From positions 4,836,001 to 4,900,000 of the forward strand of contig NC_043025.1 in NCBI RefSeq assembly GCF_006345805.1: 64,000 bases of DNA. The letters are read 5' to 3'. Below are positions 1 through 13,065 of the stretch, one piece after another. The stretch is from Octopus sinensis (taxonomy: Eukaryota). How positions within the stretch are numbered: position 1 is the stretch's first letter; each line of letters starts with the position of its first letter. The translations under genes and the position numbers were made by a program. The notes below the pieces were generated by a model. That model was not told the origin of the DNA. It saw only the letters and a program-made list of their open reading frames with translations, and ran no database searches.

Positions 1-770
1 CAAAATGTGTACTGGGCCGACTTTGAATATTCAAATTTCAGTGAGGGCAAGAGGAAGTTCATCTTCTTGGGGGTCTGAATGGTAAAGGCCCCAGGAAGGG
101 AGAATTGTGTTCTATTAAGACATTCAAGGACCGAATAGGTGACTACGAAGACTGGCGGAAGGAGATTATGAAATGCAAGCAGGCGAACGATTTGGCCCAA
201 CAGTTTAACCTGTGCTCAGCTGACGAACGTAAGATCTTTTTTGAGGTGCCCATCATTGCTGAAATGGATATGCTGTCGCACTGCACCCAGCTGATACAGA
301 AGGTGACCCGCAAGAAGATCTTCGTCCTTGAAGAATGCATTGCTATCGAACCGTTCCTAAAAGGAAGCTTCCAGAAATTTAGCAGTACTTACTCATCGTA
401 TTACACGTGTAATGGCGGGGGTGATGGTGCCGACATCACGGCACCAACAGCGAACTATAACGGCACCGGCTATGGAAAACACACGAAGGGCAAAAGTACT
501 AACACAACCAACACATATGCAAACAATTTGGCTTTTGTCGAAGCTTTTTCGCATTACACCTACTGGTATACAAAGGGTCGCATGGTGGTTGATGACCTAC
601 AGGGCGTCATACAGGACACGAATCATTTCCGGTTGACCGATCCATCGATACACTCGGTCAAGCTCTCATACGGACCAACAGACAGTGGTCAAAACGGCAT
701 CACGGCTTTCCTTTCTAAACACAGATGCAACAAGATTTGTGCCAATTGGTTTCTCAATCAACAACATTGA
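1..770 (+). CDS. Alpha-kinase (eEF2K/MHCK/VwkA-like atypical Ser/Thr kinase), intronless in window, 5' end outside window; apparent frameshift at 69-73
   Basis: ORF 105-770 has CSIKTFK (catalytic Lys), IEPFLKGSFQKF, EAFSHYTY, VVDDLQGV, LTDPSIHS, YGPTDSGQNGI and the zinc-site HRCNKIC. Frame 1 upstream gives ...NFSEGKRKFIFLG (P-loop-like), which joins frame 3 (LNGKGPRKGELCSIK) if one G is added to the G5 run. Confidence 0.88.
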
Positions 771-864
771 TAAAAACGATCACAAAAGTTTAGGATCAGC
801 CTTCTGATTGGTTGGTAAAAACACACCACTAGTCAACTATTTTACTCCGTATTCTTTCCTCACT

Positions 865-1350
865 TTGTTTCAGTCCCTGGACTGTGGCCATGCTGGGGCA
901 CCGCCTTGAAGGTTTTTAGTTGAACAAATCAACCCCAATATATCTTTTATCTGTTTCAGTCATTGGACTGTGGCCATGCTGGGGCACCACCTTGAAAATT
1001 TTTAGTTGAACAAATCAACCCCAATATATGTTTTATCTGTTTCAGTCATTGGACTGTGGCCATGCTGGGGCACCGCCTTGAAGGTTTTTAGTTGAACAAA
1101 TCAACCCCAATATATCTTTTATCTGTTTCAGTCATTGGACTGTGGCCATGCTGGGGCAGCACCTTGAAGGTTTTTAGTTGAACAAATCAACCCCAATATA
1201 TGTTTTATCTGTTTCAGTCATTGGACTGTGGCCATGCTGGGGCACCGCCTTGAAGGTTTTTAGTTGAACAAATCAACCCCAATATATCTTTTATCTGTTT
1301 CAGTCATTGGACTGTGGCCATGCTGGGGCACCACCTTGAAGGTTTTTAAT
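865..1350. repeat. 86-bp tandem array (6 copies) derived from a SINE 3' tail
   Basis: Units start at 865, 951, 1037, 1123, 1209, 1295 (tgtttcagtcattggactgtggccatgctggggcacc...aaccccaatata). Confidence 0.95.
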
Positions 1351-1458
1351 CGACTGGCTCCCTCCCCACAAATTTCAGGCCTCTAGTAGAAAAGGATTGA
1401 TATTATTATTAAAGGCCTTATGCCAATAACAGAAAGGATTATTATTATTATTATTATT

Positions 1459-1727
1459 AAAGTAGCGAGCTGGCAGAATCATTAGTATGCTGGACAAAGT
1501 GCTTAGCAGCATTTCCTCTATCTTTAGATTCTGAGTTCAAATTCAACTGAAATCAGCTTTGCCTTTCAATCTTTTCGGGGTTGATAAATTAAGTTACCAG
1601 TTGAACATTGCGGTTGATTTAATTGCCTTACCCCTTATCCCTAAAATCAGGTCTTGTGCTTATAATAGAAAGGGTTATTGTTATTACTTTATTATTATCT
1701 TCTTTATTATTATTATTATTATTATTA

Positions 1728-1764
<37 letters not shown>

Positions 1765-1780
1765 CATTATTTTATTATTA

Positions 1781-1831
<51 letters not shown>

Positions 1832-1854
1832 CATTATTATTATTATTATTATTG

Positions 1855-1887
<33 letters not shown>

Positions 1888-1927
1888 TATATATTATTAT
1901 TATTATTATTATATATTATCATCATCA

Positions 1928-1963
<36 letters not shown>

Positions 1964-1965
1964 CA

Positions 1966-2007
<42 letters not shown>

Positions 2008-2067
2008 CATTATTATTATTATTATTATCATTATTATCATCATTATATTATTATTATTATATTATCA

Positions 2068-2101
<34 letters not shown>

Positions 2102-2665
2102 CATTATTATTATTATTTATTATCATATTATTATTATTATTATTATTATTATTTATTATTATTATTATTATTATTATTGTTATTATTATTATTATTATTA
2201 TATTATTATCATTATTTTATTATTATTATTATTATATTATATATTATTATTATTATTATTGTTATTATTATTATTATTATTATTATTAAGGCAGTGAGCT
2301 GGTGGAATCGGTAAAATGCTGGGTAGAATGTTTCGTGGCATTTTATCCCGTCTTTACATTCTGTGTTCAAATTCCGCCAGGGTCGACATTGCCTCTCGTC
2401 CTTTAAGCACTCATGTTGATATATTTGACTAGCCCCGTCCCCCGACCCTAGAATTGCTGGCCTTGTGCCAAAATTTGAAATCATTATTATTATTATTAAG
2501 GCTGCGAGCTGGCAGAATCGTTAGCATGCCGGGCAAAAGGCTTAGTGGTACTTCGTCCACCTTTAGGTTATAAGTTCAAAATAAGTACCAGTTGAGTACT
2601 GGGGTGGATGTCATCGACCTACCCCCTCCTCTGAACTTGCTGACCTCATGCCAAAATTTGAAACA

Positions 2666-2709
<44 letters not shown>

Positions 2710-2710
2710 T
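1459..2710 (+). mobile_element. Chain of three tRNA-derived SINEs (family B-like, ATT-tailed) at ~1459-1680, 2288-2480, 2498-2665
   Basis: Each starts aaggc(a/g)gcgagctggcagaatc, has a B-box-like gttcaaattc and the gcctttc-tcctt...ataaa..agtaccag domain, and ends in (ATT)n. Confidence 0.8.
1680..2287. repeat. ~600-bp imperfect (ATT)n microsatellite
   Basis: Directly visible trinucleotide repeat; source of the poly-I/L/Y pseudo-ORFs. Confidence 0.98.
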
Positions 2711-3130
2711 TCAGTGACCTTATTGTTATTACGTGTCTCTTTTGGTTTGGTTTGGGTTTTCTTTTCAGCATGAAACAAAACACAGCTCTGTGTGCCTTGA
2801 TCGTAGGCAGCATTTTTTTGTTTTTTTGTTTTTTTTTTGGTTTTTGTTACTGACGTTGCTGTTTTATGTACATGCACGTACTCCACAATCTGTACTCTAC
2901 CATCGGTCAAGTACTGGTGTTGGTTTTTGAAATGTGTGACCTCCTGTGCCAATCTTCATGAACTCCCTACTAATTGTTATTATAATGGCAGCAATAATGG
3001 AACCAGTAGAACCACCAGACAAAATATTTGGCAGCATTTAGGAATGTTCTGGGTTCAAATTCCAGTCAAGTTAAACTTTGCCTTGAGTTTTTGTTAAAAA
3101 TTACCATTGTTGTCAACATCATCATCATCA

Positions 3131-3167
<37 letters not shown>

Positions 3168-3182
3168 TATTATTATTATTAT

Positions 3183-3345
3183 TCATCGTTTAACGTCCGT
3201 TTTCCATGCTAGCATGGGTTGGACGGTTCAACTGGGGTCTGGGAAGCCAGAAGGCTGCGCCAGGCCCAGTCTGATCGGGCAGTGTTTCTACAGCCGGATG
3301 CCCTTCCTAACGCCAACCACTCCGTGAGTCTAGTGGGTGCTTCTT
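3183..3345 (-). mobile_element. RTE LINE 3'-UTR fragment
   Basis: catcgtttaacgtccgttttccatgctagcatgggttgg... identical in type to the 3' UTR contiguous with the RTE ORF2 at 59055-59855. Confidence 0.8.
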
Positions 3346-3574
3346 CATCATCATCATCATCATCATTATTATTCAGTGAAAAACTGAGGCAGAATTTCTG
3401 TGGCTGAATACCCTTCCTATCACCAACCTTCAGTTGTTTCTAAGTAAGGTAGTATTCTCGCCAATATTTCAATCACAAAATAAGGTGGGGAGCAGGTAGA
3501 ATCGTTAGCACACTGGGCAGAAGTGCTCAGTGGCATTTCATCCGTCTTTACATTCTGAGTCCAAATACCACGAA

Positions 3575-4217
3575 GGTCTATCAGTCTCTTTTGCCAAACT
3601 GCTAAGTTACGGGGATGTAAACACACCAACACCAGTTGTCAAGTGGTGATGGGAAGACAAACACAAAGAAACACACATAGATATATACACACATAGATAT
3701 ATACACACATATATATACAATGGGCTTCTTTCAGTGTGTCCATTTCCCAAATCCACTCACAAGACACACACACACACACACACACATATATACATATAAC
3801 AAAATAAGAAAATGGGGGAATAGATTCCTTTCAATCATCGACTTACAGATAATACCAATTCATATAATTTATTAACTAATTAAATAGGAAAATCCAACTG
3901 AATAAAACAGAATACAACAATATACATCAATGAGTAAGATAATACCATAAAAATAATACATATAAAATGGATCTTACAGCTGTTTCAGCCTGTAGATAAA
4001 GGTATCTCATTATGCCTATATTAGTCAGATGTATTGAGGTAATATGCAATATATGACAGGCTTCTTTCAGTTTCCGTCTACCAAATCCACTCACAAGGCT
4101 GTAGTTGGCCTGAGGCTGTAGTAGAAGACACTTACCCAAGGTGCCACGCAGTGGGACTGAACCCGGAATCATGTGATTGGTAAGCAAGCTACTTACCACA
4201 CAGCCACTCCTGCGCCT
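3575..4217 (-). mobile_element. Fragmented family A (CORE-type) SINE pieces (~3575-3765, 4055-4217) flanking a Penelope-like remnant (~3790-4040)
   Basis: SINE body/head motifs; intervening AT-rich DNA carries gaaacagctgtaagat on the minus strand, shared with other PLE-like remnants. Confidence 0.6.
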
Positions 4218-4787
4218 GTTAGTTTATAAATAAATATAAATAAACTAGCAGAATAGATAATACAGAGGTGGAAAAATCAGCTTAAGTTAGTGTTTACTGA
4301 AACATTACCGTGGTTGAAAACAAATGAGTGTTGGTGACAGGAAAAGCGTCCAGTCGTAGCAAAATTTGCCTCGGTTATCTCCCCCTGAAATCTAAGAGCA
4401 TGATAAAGTAAACATTAAGAAAAAAATAAAATAATTATGCTGATGATGATGATGACGATCCCTTGTTAGTTAGGAGTGCCAAGCTGGAGCACAAATGCTC
4501 AGCAGTGCTAAAAGCATGAGTTACGAAAAGAAATTAACATTTTTCATAATAATCCTTGTCTTCTTAATTTATTTTGAATTTATAACTTGTTATTTCTTTT
4601 TTTTTTTGTGTGTGTGTGTGTGTTGTTTTCTTTTATCAGGAAACCCTTTCCCAAAACCACATTCTCTCATGTCCTAGGTGGATGCTGCTGATGAGAATAC
4701 CTTAAGATTTAATCATCAATTAAGGTTTTACAATTAAGGTTCAATCTACAGAAAAACAGCTAAATCAGGCCTGTTTATACAAGTACT

Positions 4788-5245
<458 letters not shown>

Positions 5246-5491
5246 ATATATATATGTGTATGTTTGATTTGTTATGAGAGATTTTTAGAATAATAATTAT
5301 AAGATATTTTATTAATTTCTATGTGGTTATTATAGATAATATCTTTTCACTAATGATGGAATAACTAGATAGCGGTTTGTCTCTAAATTCTATATCAATA
5401 TTTATGATGTATTGTGAATTTTGATTTAGTGCTAAATTAAAAATTTTTTTCCCTGTTGACTTGGAATTATTACATTCCCTAACTATTAATA

Positions 5492-5523
<32 letters not shown>

Positions 5524-5526
5524 TCG

Positions 5527-6538
5527 CGTAAATCCTCGAGTATAATCCTTATTTTTTCCCAAAATTTAAAGGTCAAAATCCCTTGTGTGTACTATATACG
5601 AGGTTAAAAATGAAAATTATTTTCTAAGCAATGTCCAAGTCTCTATTTGCTATCCGGCAATGTTTATTCAGACGCATTTTGTGATGCCGGGCGCAAAAAT
5701 ACCTTAAGCTAAGCCTGAAAGCAATGAAGTCATAAAAGAATCATCCATAACTTGCAATAAGCAACATTTATTAAACGTTATTACTGTTATTTCTTTATTT
5801 TCTACAAACAAAATGCACAAAAAAGCTACACGTTTGCATTATGTTATATATACAATAATAATAAAGGATGTTACTGTATACATTTTTACAAACCAAGGAC
5901 GTTATATAGACCTCCTTGACTCAAGTTAGAGAAGGGGTGTGTATTATACACAAGGCTTAGGTTTTTCAGAGGTACAGCCCCCCTAAAAATCCCCTGCGAA
6001 TACACGTTTGCATTATGTTATATATACAATAATAATAAAGGATATTATCGCATGCATTTTTACAAACCAAGGACGTTATATAGACCTCCTTGACTCAAGT
6101 TAGAGAAGGGGTGCGTATTATACACAAGGTTTAGGTTTTTCAGAGGTACAGCCTCCTAAAAATCCCCTACGAATACACGTTTGCATTATGTTATATATAC
6201 AATAATAATAAAGGATGTTATCGCATGCATTTTTACAAACCAAGGACGTTATATAGACCTCCTTGACTCAAGTTAGAGAAGGGGTGCGTATTATACACAA
6301 GGTTTAGGTTTTTCAGAGGTACAGCCCCCTAAAAATCCGCTGCGAATACACGTTTGCATTATGTTATATATACAAAAATAATAAAGGACATTATCGCATG
6401 CATTTTTACAAACCAAGGACGTTATATAGACCTCCTTGACTCAGGTAAAGGAGGGATGTGTATTATACACAAGGCTTAGGTTTTTCAGAGGTACAGTCCC
6501 CTAAAAATCCCCTGCGCATTATATTCGAGGATTTACGG
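5527..6538. mobile_element. Tc1/mariner(pogo)-like MITE expanded by an internal tandem array
   Basis: TIR cgtaaatcctcgagtataat (5527) vs attatattcgaggatttacg (6518-6537), followed by G+TA. Confidence 0.7.
5827..6517. repeat. ~173-bp tandem repeat, 4 copies
   Basis: Units start at 5827, 6001, 6174, 6347 (tacacgtttgcattatg...). Confidence 0.95.
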
Positions 6539-7039
6539 TATATGCAATGCATACATATAAATATAGGGAACAGAGGAACTATTCAAAGCCCCAACAAAAT
6601 GATGAAATGCATTTTCACAGTTTTTCCCCCCTATATAATCGTAATCTACACCAGTTCCGATGTATCTCTAGAAAATTCCATAAAAAAAGTTGTGAGAGGA
6701 GGTTGGGGCCTAATTCCCTTATTATGCCTTTACAGTTGTTTCATACCAAAACTTCGGTACACCACACCAAGTTCATATGATTGTTGATAAGTGGGTTTGT
6801 TATATCAGAAGTTGACATTGCCCTCACTTTGTGTCTGGAGGTTAGGATTTTCATTGCTGCTGCTGTTGTTGTTGTTATTGTTGTTGTTGTTGCTGTTGTT
6901 GTACTTGTTCTACTACTGTTGCTGCTGCTGCTGCCACTACTGCTGCGTCATGCTGCTGTGTGATTTTTGTTGTTCTGGTTACATATCGACCTTGATTGAA
7001 TAGACCTATGATCAAAGGCATTCCAGCCATGACCATCCT

Positions 7040-8612
<1,573 letters not shown>

Positions 8613-8960
8613 ATCTGATGGATACAAGTCAAGTATAAGCATTTCCGGTACTTGACTGTTCTCTTAAATGTGAGTAGCAGAGATGTTGCTTTTTAGCCCT
8701 CCTGGGGTCCTACACTTTTGCAAAGATGTGGAAACGATGGGCACCTCTTGCAGCCTGTGTTCGGAAAGCTTTTCACCCATGCTCACCACATGCATTCATT
8801 CCATCATAACATTTTGTCATTGAGTGTTTTTGCCTTTCTTGACTACAGCCACCCAAAGTACGTAATACATAATAGAGAGGTAAAGATCAAGAGCCTTTGA
8901 ACTGGCTAAAAACAGCCCATATATTCCACCTGTTTTGACATTCAAACAAGCCACGTGTAG

Positions 8961-9770
8961 CCTCTCATACCTACCCTACAATGTCATTCTAAAAATAAAC
9001 AATCACATCATTGAAATCTCAAAGCTATGAGATAATGCATGATTAATTCAAAACAAGGCCAGATCCAGCCTCTCACAACTACCCCACAATGTCATTCTAA
9101 AAATAAACAATCACATCATTGAAATCTCAAAGCTATGAGATAATGCATGATTAATTCAAAACAAGGCCAGATCCAGCCTCTCACACCTACCCTACAATGT
9201 CATTCTAAAAATAAACAATCACATCATTGAAATCTCAAAGCTATGAGATAATGCATGATTAATTCAAAACAAGGCCAGATCCAGCCTCTTACACCTACCC
9301 CACAATGTCATTCTAAAAATAAACAATCACATCATTGAATTCTCAAAGCTATGAGATAATGCATGATTAATTCAAAACAAGGCCAGATCCAGCCTCTCAC
9401 ACCTACCCTACAATGTCATTCTAAAAATAAACAATCACATCATTGAAATCTCAAAGCTATGAGATAATGCATGATTAATTCAAAACAAGGCCAGATCCAG
9501 CCTCTCACACCTACCCCACAATGTCATTCTAAAAATAAACAATCACATCATTGAAATCTCAAAGCTATGAGATAATGCATGATTAATTCAAAACAAGGCC
9601 AGATCCAGCCTCTCACACCTACCCTACAATGTCATGCTAAAAATAAACAATCACATCATTGAAATCTCAAAGCTATGAGATAATGCATGATTAATACAAA
9701 ACAAAGCTAGATCCAGCCTCTCACACCTACCCTACAATGTCATGCTAAAAACTAATCAATCACATCATTA
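8961..9770. repeat. 108-bp tandem array, 7 full copies plus a partial
   Basis: Units at 8961, 9069, 9177, 9285, 9393, 9501, 9609, 9717 (cctctcacacctaccc...ggccagatccag). Confidence 0.96.
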
Positions 9771-9812
9771 AAAGGAGCAAACAATATATTAACTGCAGCA
9801 TTCTTTCTTTTA

Positions 9813-10348
9813 TCTTTTACTTGTTTCAGAATTTGACTGCAGCCATGCTGGAGCACCGCCTTTCATCAAGCAACTCGACCCCGGGACTTATTCTTTGTAA
9901 GCCCAGTACTTATCCTATCGGTCTCTTTTGCCGAAACGCTAAGTGACGGGGACAAGCACAGACACACAAACATACACGCACAAATACATATTTACGATGG
10001 GCTTCTTTCAGTTTCTGCCTACCAAATCCACTCACAAGGCTTTGGTCGGCCCGAGGCTATAGCAGAAGATACTTGCCCAAGATGCCACGCAGTGGGACTG
10101 AACCCGGAACCATGTGGTTGTTAAACAAGCTACTTACCACACAGCCACTCCTGCGCCTATATATATATATATATATACATATATACGACGGGCTTCTTTC
10201 AGTTTCCGTCTACCAAATCCACTCACAAGGCTTTGGTCGGCCCGAGGCTATAGCAGAAGACACTTGCCCAAGATGCCACGCAGTGGGACTGAACCCGGAA
10301 CCATGTGGTTGTTAAACAAGCTACTTACCACACAGCCACTCCTGCGCC
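9813..10348 (-). mobile_element. Family A tRNA-derived CORE-type SINE with duplicated 5' half
   Basis: Head ggcgcaggagtggctgtgtggtaag (A box), gggttcagtcc (B box), CORE-like ccttgggcaagtgtctt, tail tgactgaaacaagtaaaaga. Confidence 0.88.
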
Positions 10349-10589
10349 ATACTTAATTTACCTAAAAAATTGGTAAACTACTTACCAATTTGACTAGCTA
10401 ATTTATTAACGACCGTATTTGATGGAATAAAGGATACACTAGCATAGTAAGACACACACCAATTTCAGCAGTACATACTCAGGAAAAACACTCTCCATTG
10501 CATTAAAGTGTATAATATTTAAAGCAATTTGACAATACATTACAAAGCATTACAAAAATACTTTAGCTGTAATACAAGGATTTCAAGTA

Positions 10590-11104
10590 TCTATATATAT
10601 AAAACTGTAGTTGTGTGAGTGTCTGTCCCCTTCGATTTAGATTTCTAACTACTCCCACATTTTGCGGTGCAGTTTAACCAAATTCGGGTATCTTATAGTC
10701 GTGATTCATATCGAGCCCGTCTGAGTATTAGCGTGCGTCTACGATGAGTCTACGATGTAAAAAATAATTTAACATCATTTTTTACTCCATTTTAATGCAT
10801 AATTTTTCGTGTGTCGATGGCGGCGGAGTTGGCGTCCATGGTCACACCTGCACCTGTGTTTGCTTCTCCCCCTTCTTCCCTCCCTCGTGAAGCTGTGGGG
10901 AAAGGAGTGTAAGGAAATCAACGTCGTAAAGCGTTGTCAAGGAGACCAGCGTTCTTTTAGAACAACGACTTCATGGCTTGAAGTCGCCAAAACAGAAATG
11001 GCTAAGAAAGCCCGAATTGGCATCTATAAGGGAAGTAACTCTCTAAAAATGCTTATATAGTTATTTCCCTTACAAACCCGAGCAACGCCGGGCGATACTG
11101 CTGG
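10590..11104 (+). mobile_element. Non-autonomous Helitron
   Basis: A|TC start, subterminal hairpin cccg-agcaacgc-cggg (11077-11092), CTGG|T end, no TSD; sister copies at 38440-38952 and 42458-42848. Confidence 0.85.
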
Positions 11105-11321
11105 TATATATATAAGAGAAAACAAGTTGTACAGTACAGGTGAATTTAAAGCAAGAAATCATTATAGTGAAAATAGACTATGTGATTGGAGTAATAAAAT
11201 ATGAAGGAGAGAAATTATTTAATAAAATGCCGGTCTATTGTTATAATTCCTTTATACAAGTAATAATAATGATGATGATGGTGTTTAAGTAAATATTATT
11301 GTTATGAAAGAAAGTATCTGG

Positions 11322-11738
11322 GGATCTTTTCGGTTTGACCGGCAGTTTTTTTCTAGCGGTGTCATATGAAATTGTCACCCATAATTATGACCCTAGTATC
11401 GATCTATTGCATTTCAATCTGTTTTAGGGTTAGGGGTGGAGGGAAGGGTATCTTTTTTCTTCACAAATGTAAATAAACCCAATCTGTTTCTTTAACGAGG
11501 GACATATTCATACGGCACAGAATGTTTTTTTTACCTCAATAGATGTCATTGATTGGTTGAAATTGCAGAAATTGAGGAAAAAAAAACAACAAATATCTTA
11601 CAAACCATAGAATTTTCTCAATAACGCCAAGAGAAAAAAAATGTTTTATAAACACATTCTACCAGTATACGAAGTTTAAAAATGTTTAGTTACGTGGAAA
11701 TTATTTTTAAAAAACTGCCGGTCAAACCGAAAAGATCC
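11322..11738 (+). mobile_element. ~415-bp TIR element (GGATCTTTTCGGTTTG family) with internal TTAGGG repeats
   Basis: ggatcttttcggtttgaccggcagtttt ... aaaactgccggtcaaaccgaaaagatcc; four other copies in the window. Confidence 0.85.
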
Positions 11739-13065
11739 AGTTTCTAGATTAAATATTAAATCTAGTCTCTAGTTGTGAGTTTCTTGGATAAAATTAATTT
11801 ATGGGAGGCCCTACTTCGCATTAAGGACCCGGGGTGTGATTCGAAACAAGTGCAGGGCGTGAAAGCCGTACAAGGTATATTAGACGCACTCCCCATTTCA
11901 GCACAGCTCATATTCAGGGAAAATGGTTTTTAGTCCCCATTCTCCATATAGGACTTGGAATGATTTTTTTCGAGGGTTCATTTAAATGCCATCAAATACG
12001 GAACAAACCCATCAAAAAAAAAAAAGAAAAATAAATTTTTGTATTAGTTCTGCTGAGTTATTTCCCTTATTGATAGACTTGTCTCCCTTGTACTATATTT
12101 AATCTATTACTACTTCCATGGCTGTAATTTCAGTTGGAAAGGCATGAATTTCACAAAACCTCATCATTTTTTAATAATAATTTTGTTATTCTTAACCTCA
12201 AACAGATATCTGAAATGAATGTGCCAAACTTAGATATCACATTAGTAATCTATTTATTTATTAAATTAATTATATAATTACAATATTTTATGTAGATTTC
12301 ACTTCAATATTTTCCCTTTTTTTTTATAGTTGCATTTAATTTTTTTGTCTTTTTCCTAAAAAAAAAAACAGAAAGAGAGGAAAAAATTAGAAATTTCTTA
12401 GGAAAAAAAAATCTCAAGGAGGTTTTATAAAGATTTCAAAATTAAAATTGTAAAGATTTCTGAAACAAAATTCTAGAAAAATTTTTCAGTAAATTCTAAA
12501 CAAAATTTTTTTAAACAAATACTAAATTAGAAATTGTAAGAAAATTCAAAAATGCAGATTCTAAATGTCTTTGGAATAAAATTCCAGAAAATTCTGAGAG
12601 TAATTTTTAAAAGATTCAACAATCAATTTTTTAAGAAAAAAAATCTGGAAAATTCTTAATGGAAAATCTAGAAAATTTAAAAGAAATCTTTAGAAAACTC
12701 TAGAAGACAATAGAAATATTTATCAAGAATTTGTAGAAATTTCTTAATTTTTTTTTTTTTAGAAGTTTATGTACAGAAAATTTTTTTTAACGTTGAAAGT
12801 TCAAAATTTTTTCAAAATTCTAGTAATTGTGAATAATAAAACAAAATTCAAGAAAACGTTTGAAAGAAAATTTAGAAACTTTATTGAAAAAAAAAGCTCT
12901 TTTGAAAAGAAAATTTCATATTTTTACACAAGAGAAATTTTAAAAAAGGAAAAAAAAAATTAAAAATTGAAATAAAATATTTAATCTAAATCTTGTATTT
13001 TCTTTTGTTGTTTTTACACACACACACACACACACACTATATATATGTATATATATATATATATT

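Noticed and set aside
1559-2314. Long ORFs of 200-250 aa (poly-I/L/Y)
   Set aside because: Translations of the (ATT)n microsatellite; open only because the repeat lacks stops on this strand
8961-9770. Regularly spaced repeats as a CRISPR array
   Set aside because: Units are full-length near-identical with no unique spacers, there are no cas genes, and the context is eukaryotic; likewise for the 86-, 138-, 173- and 185-bp arrays
10073-10356. Recurrent small ORFs such as MPKVPRSGTEPGTMWLV and MSSNARGTNTD
   Set aside because: Translations of family A SINE copies; they recur only because the SINE recurs
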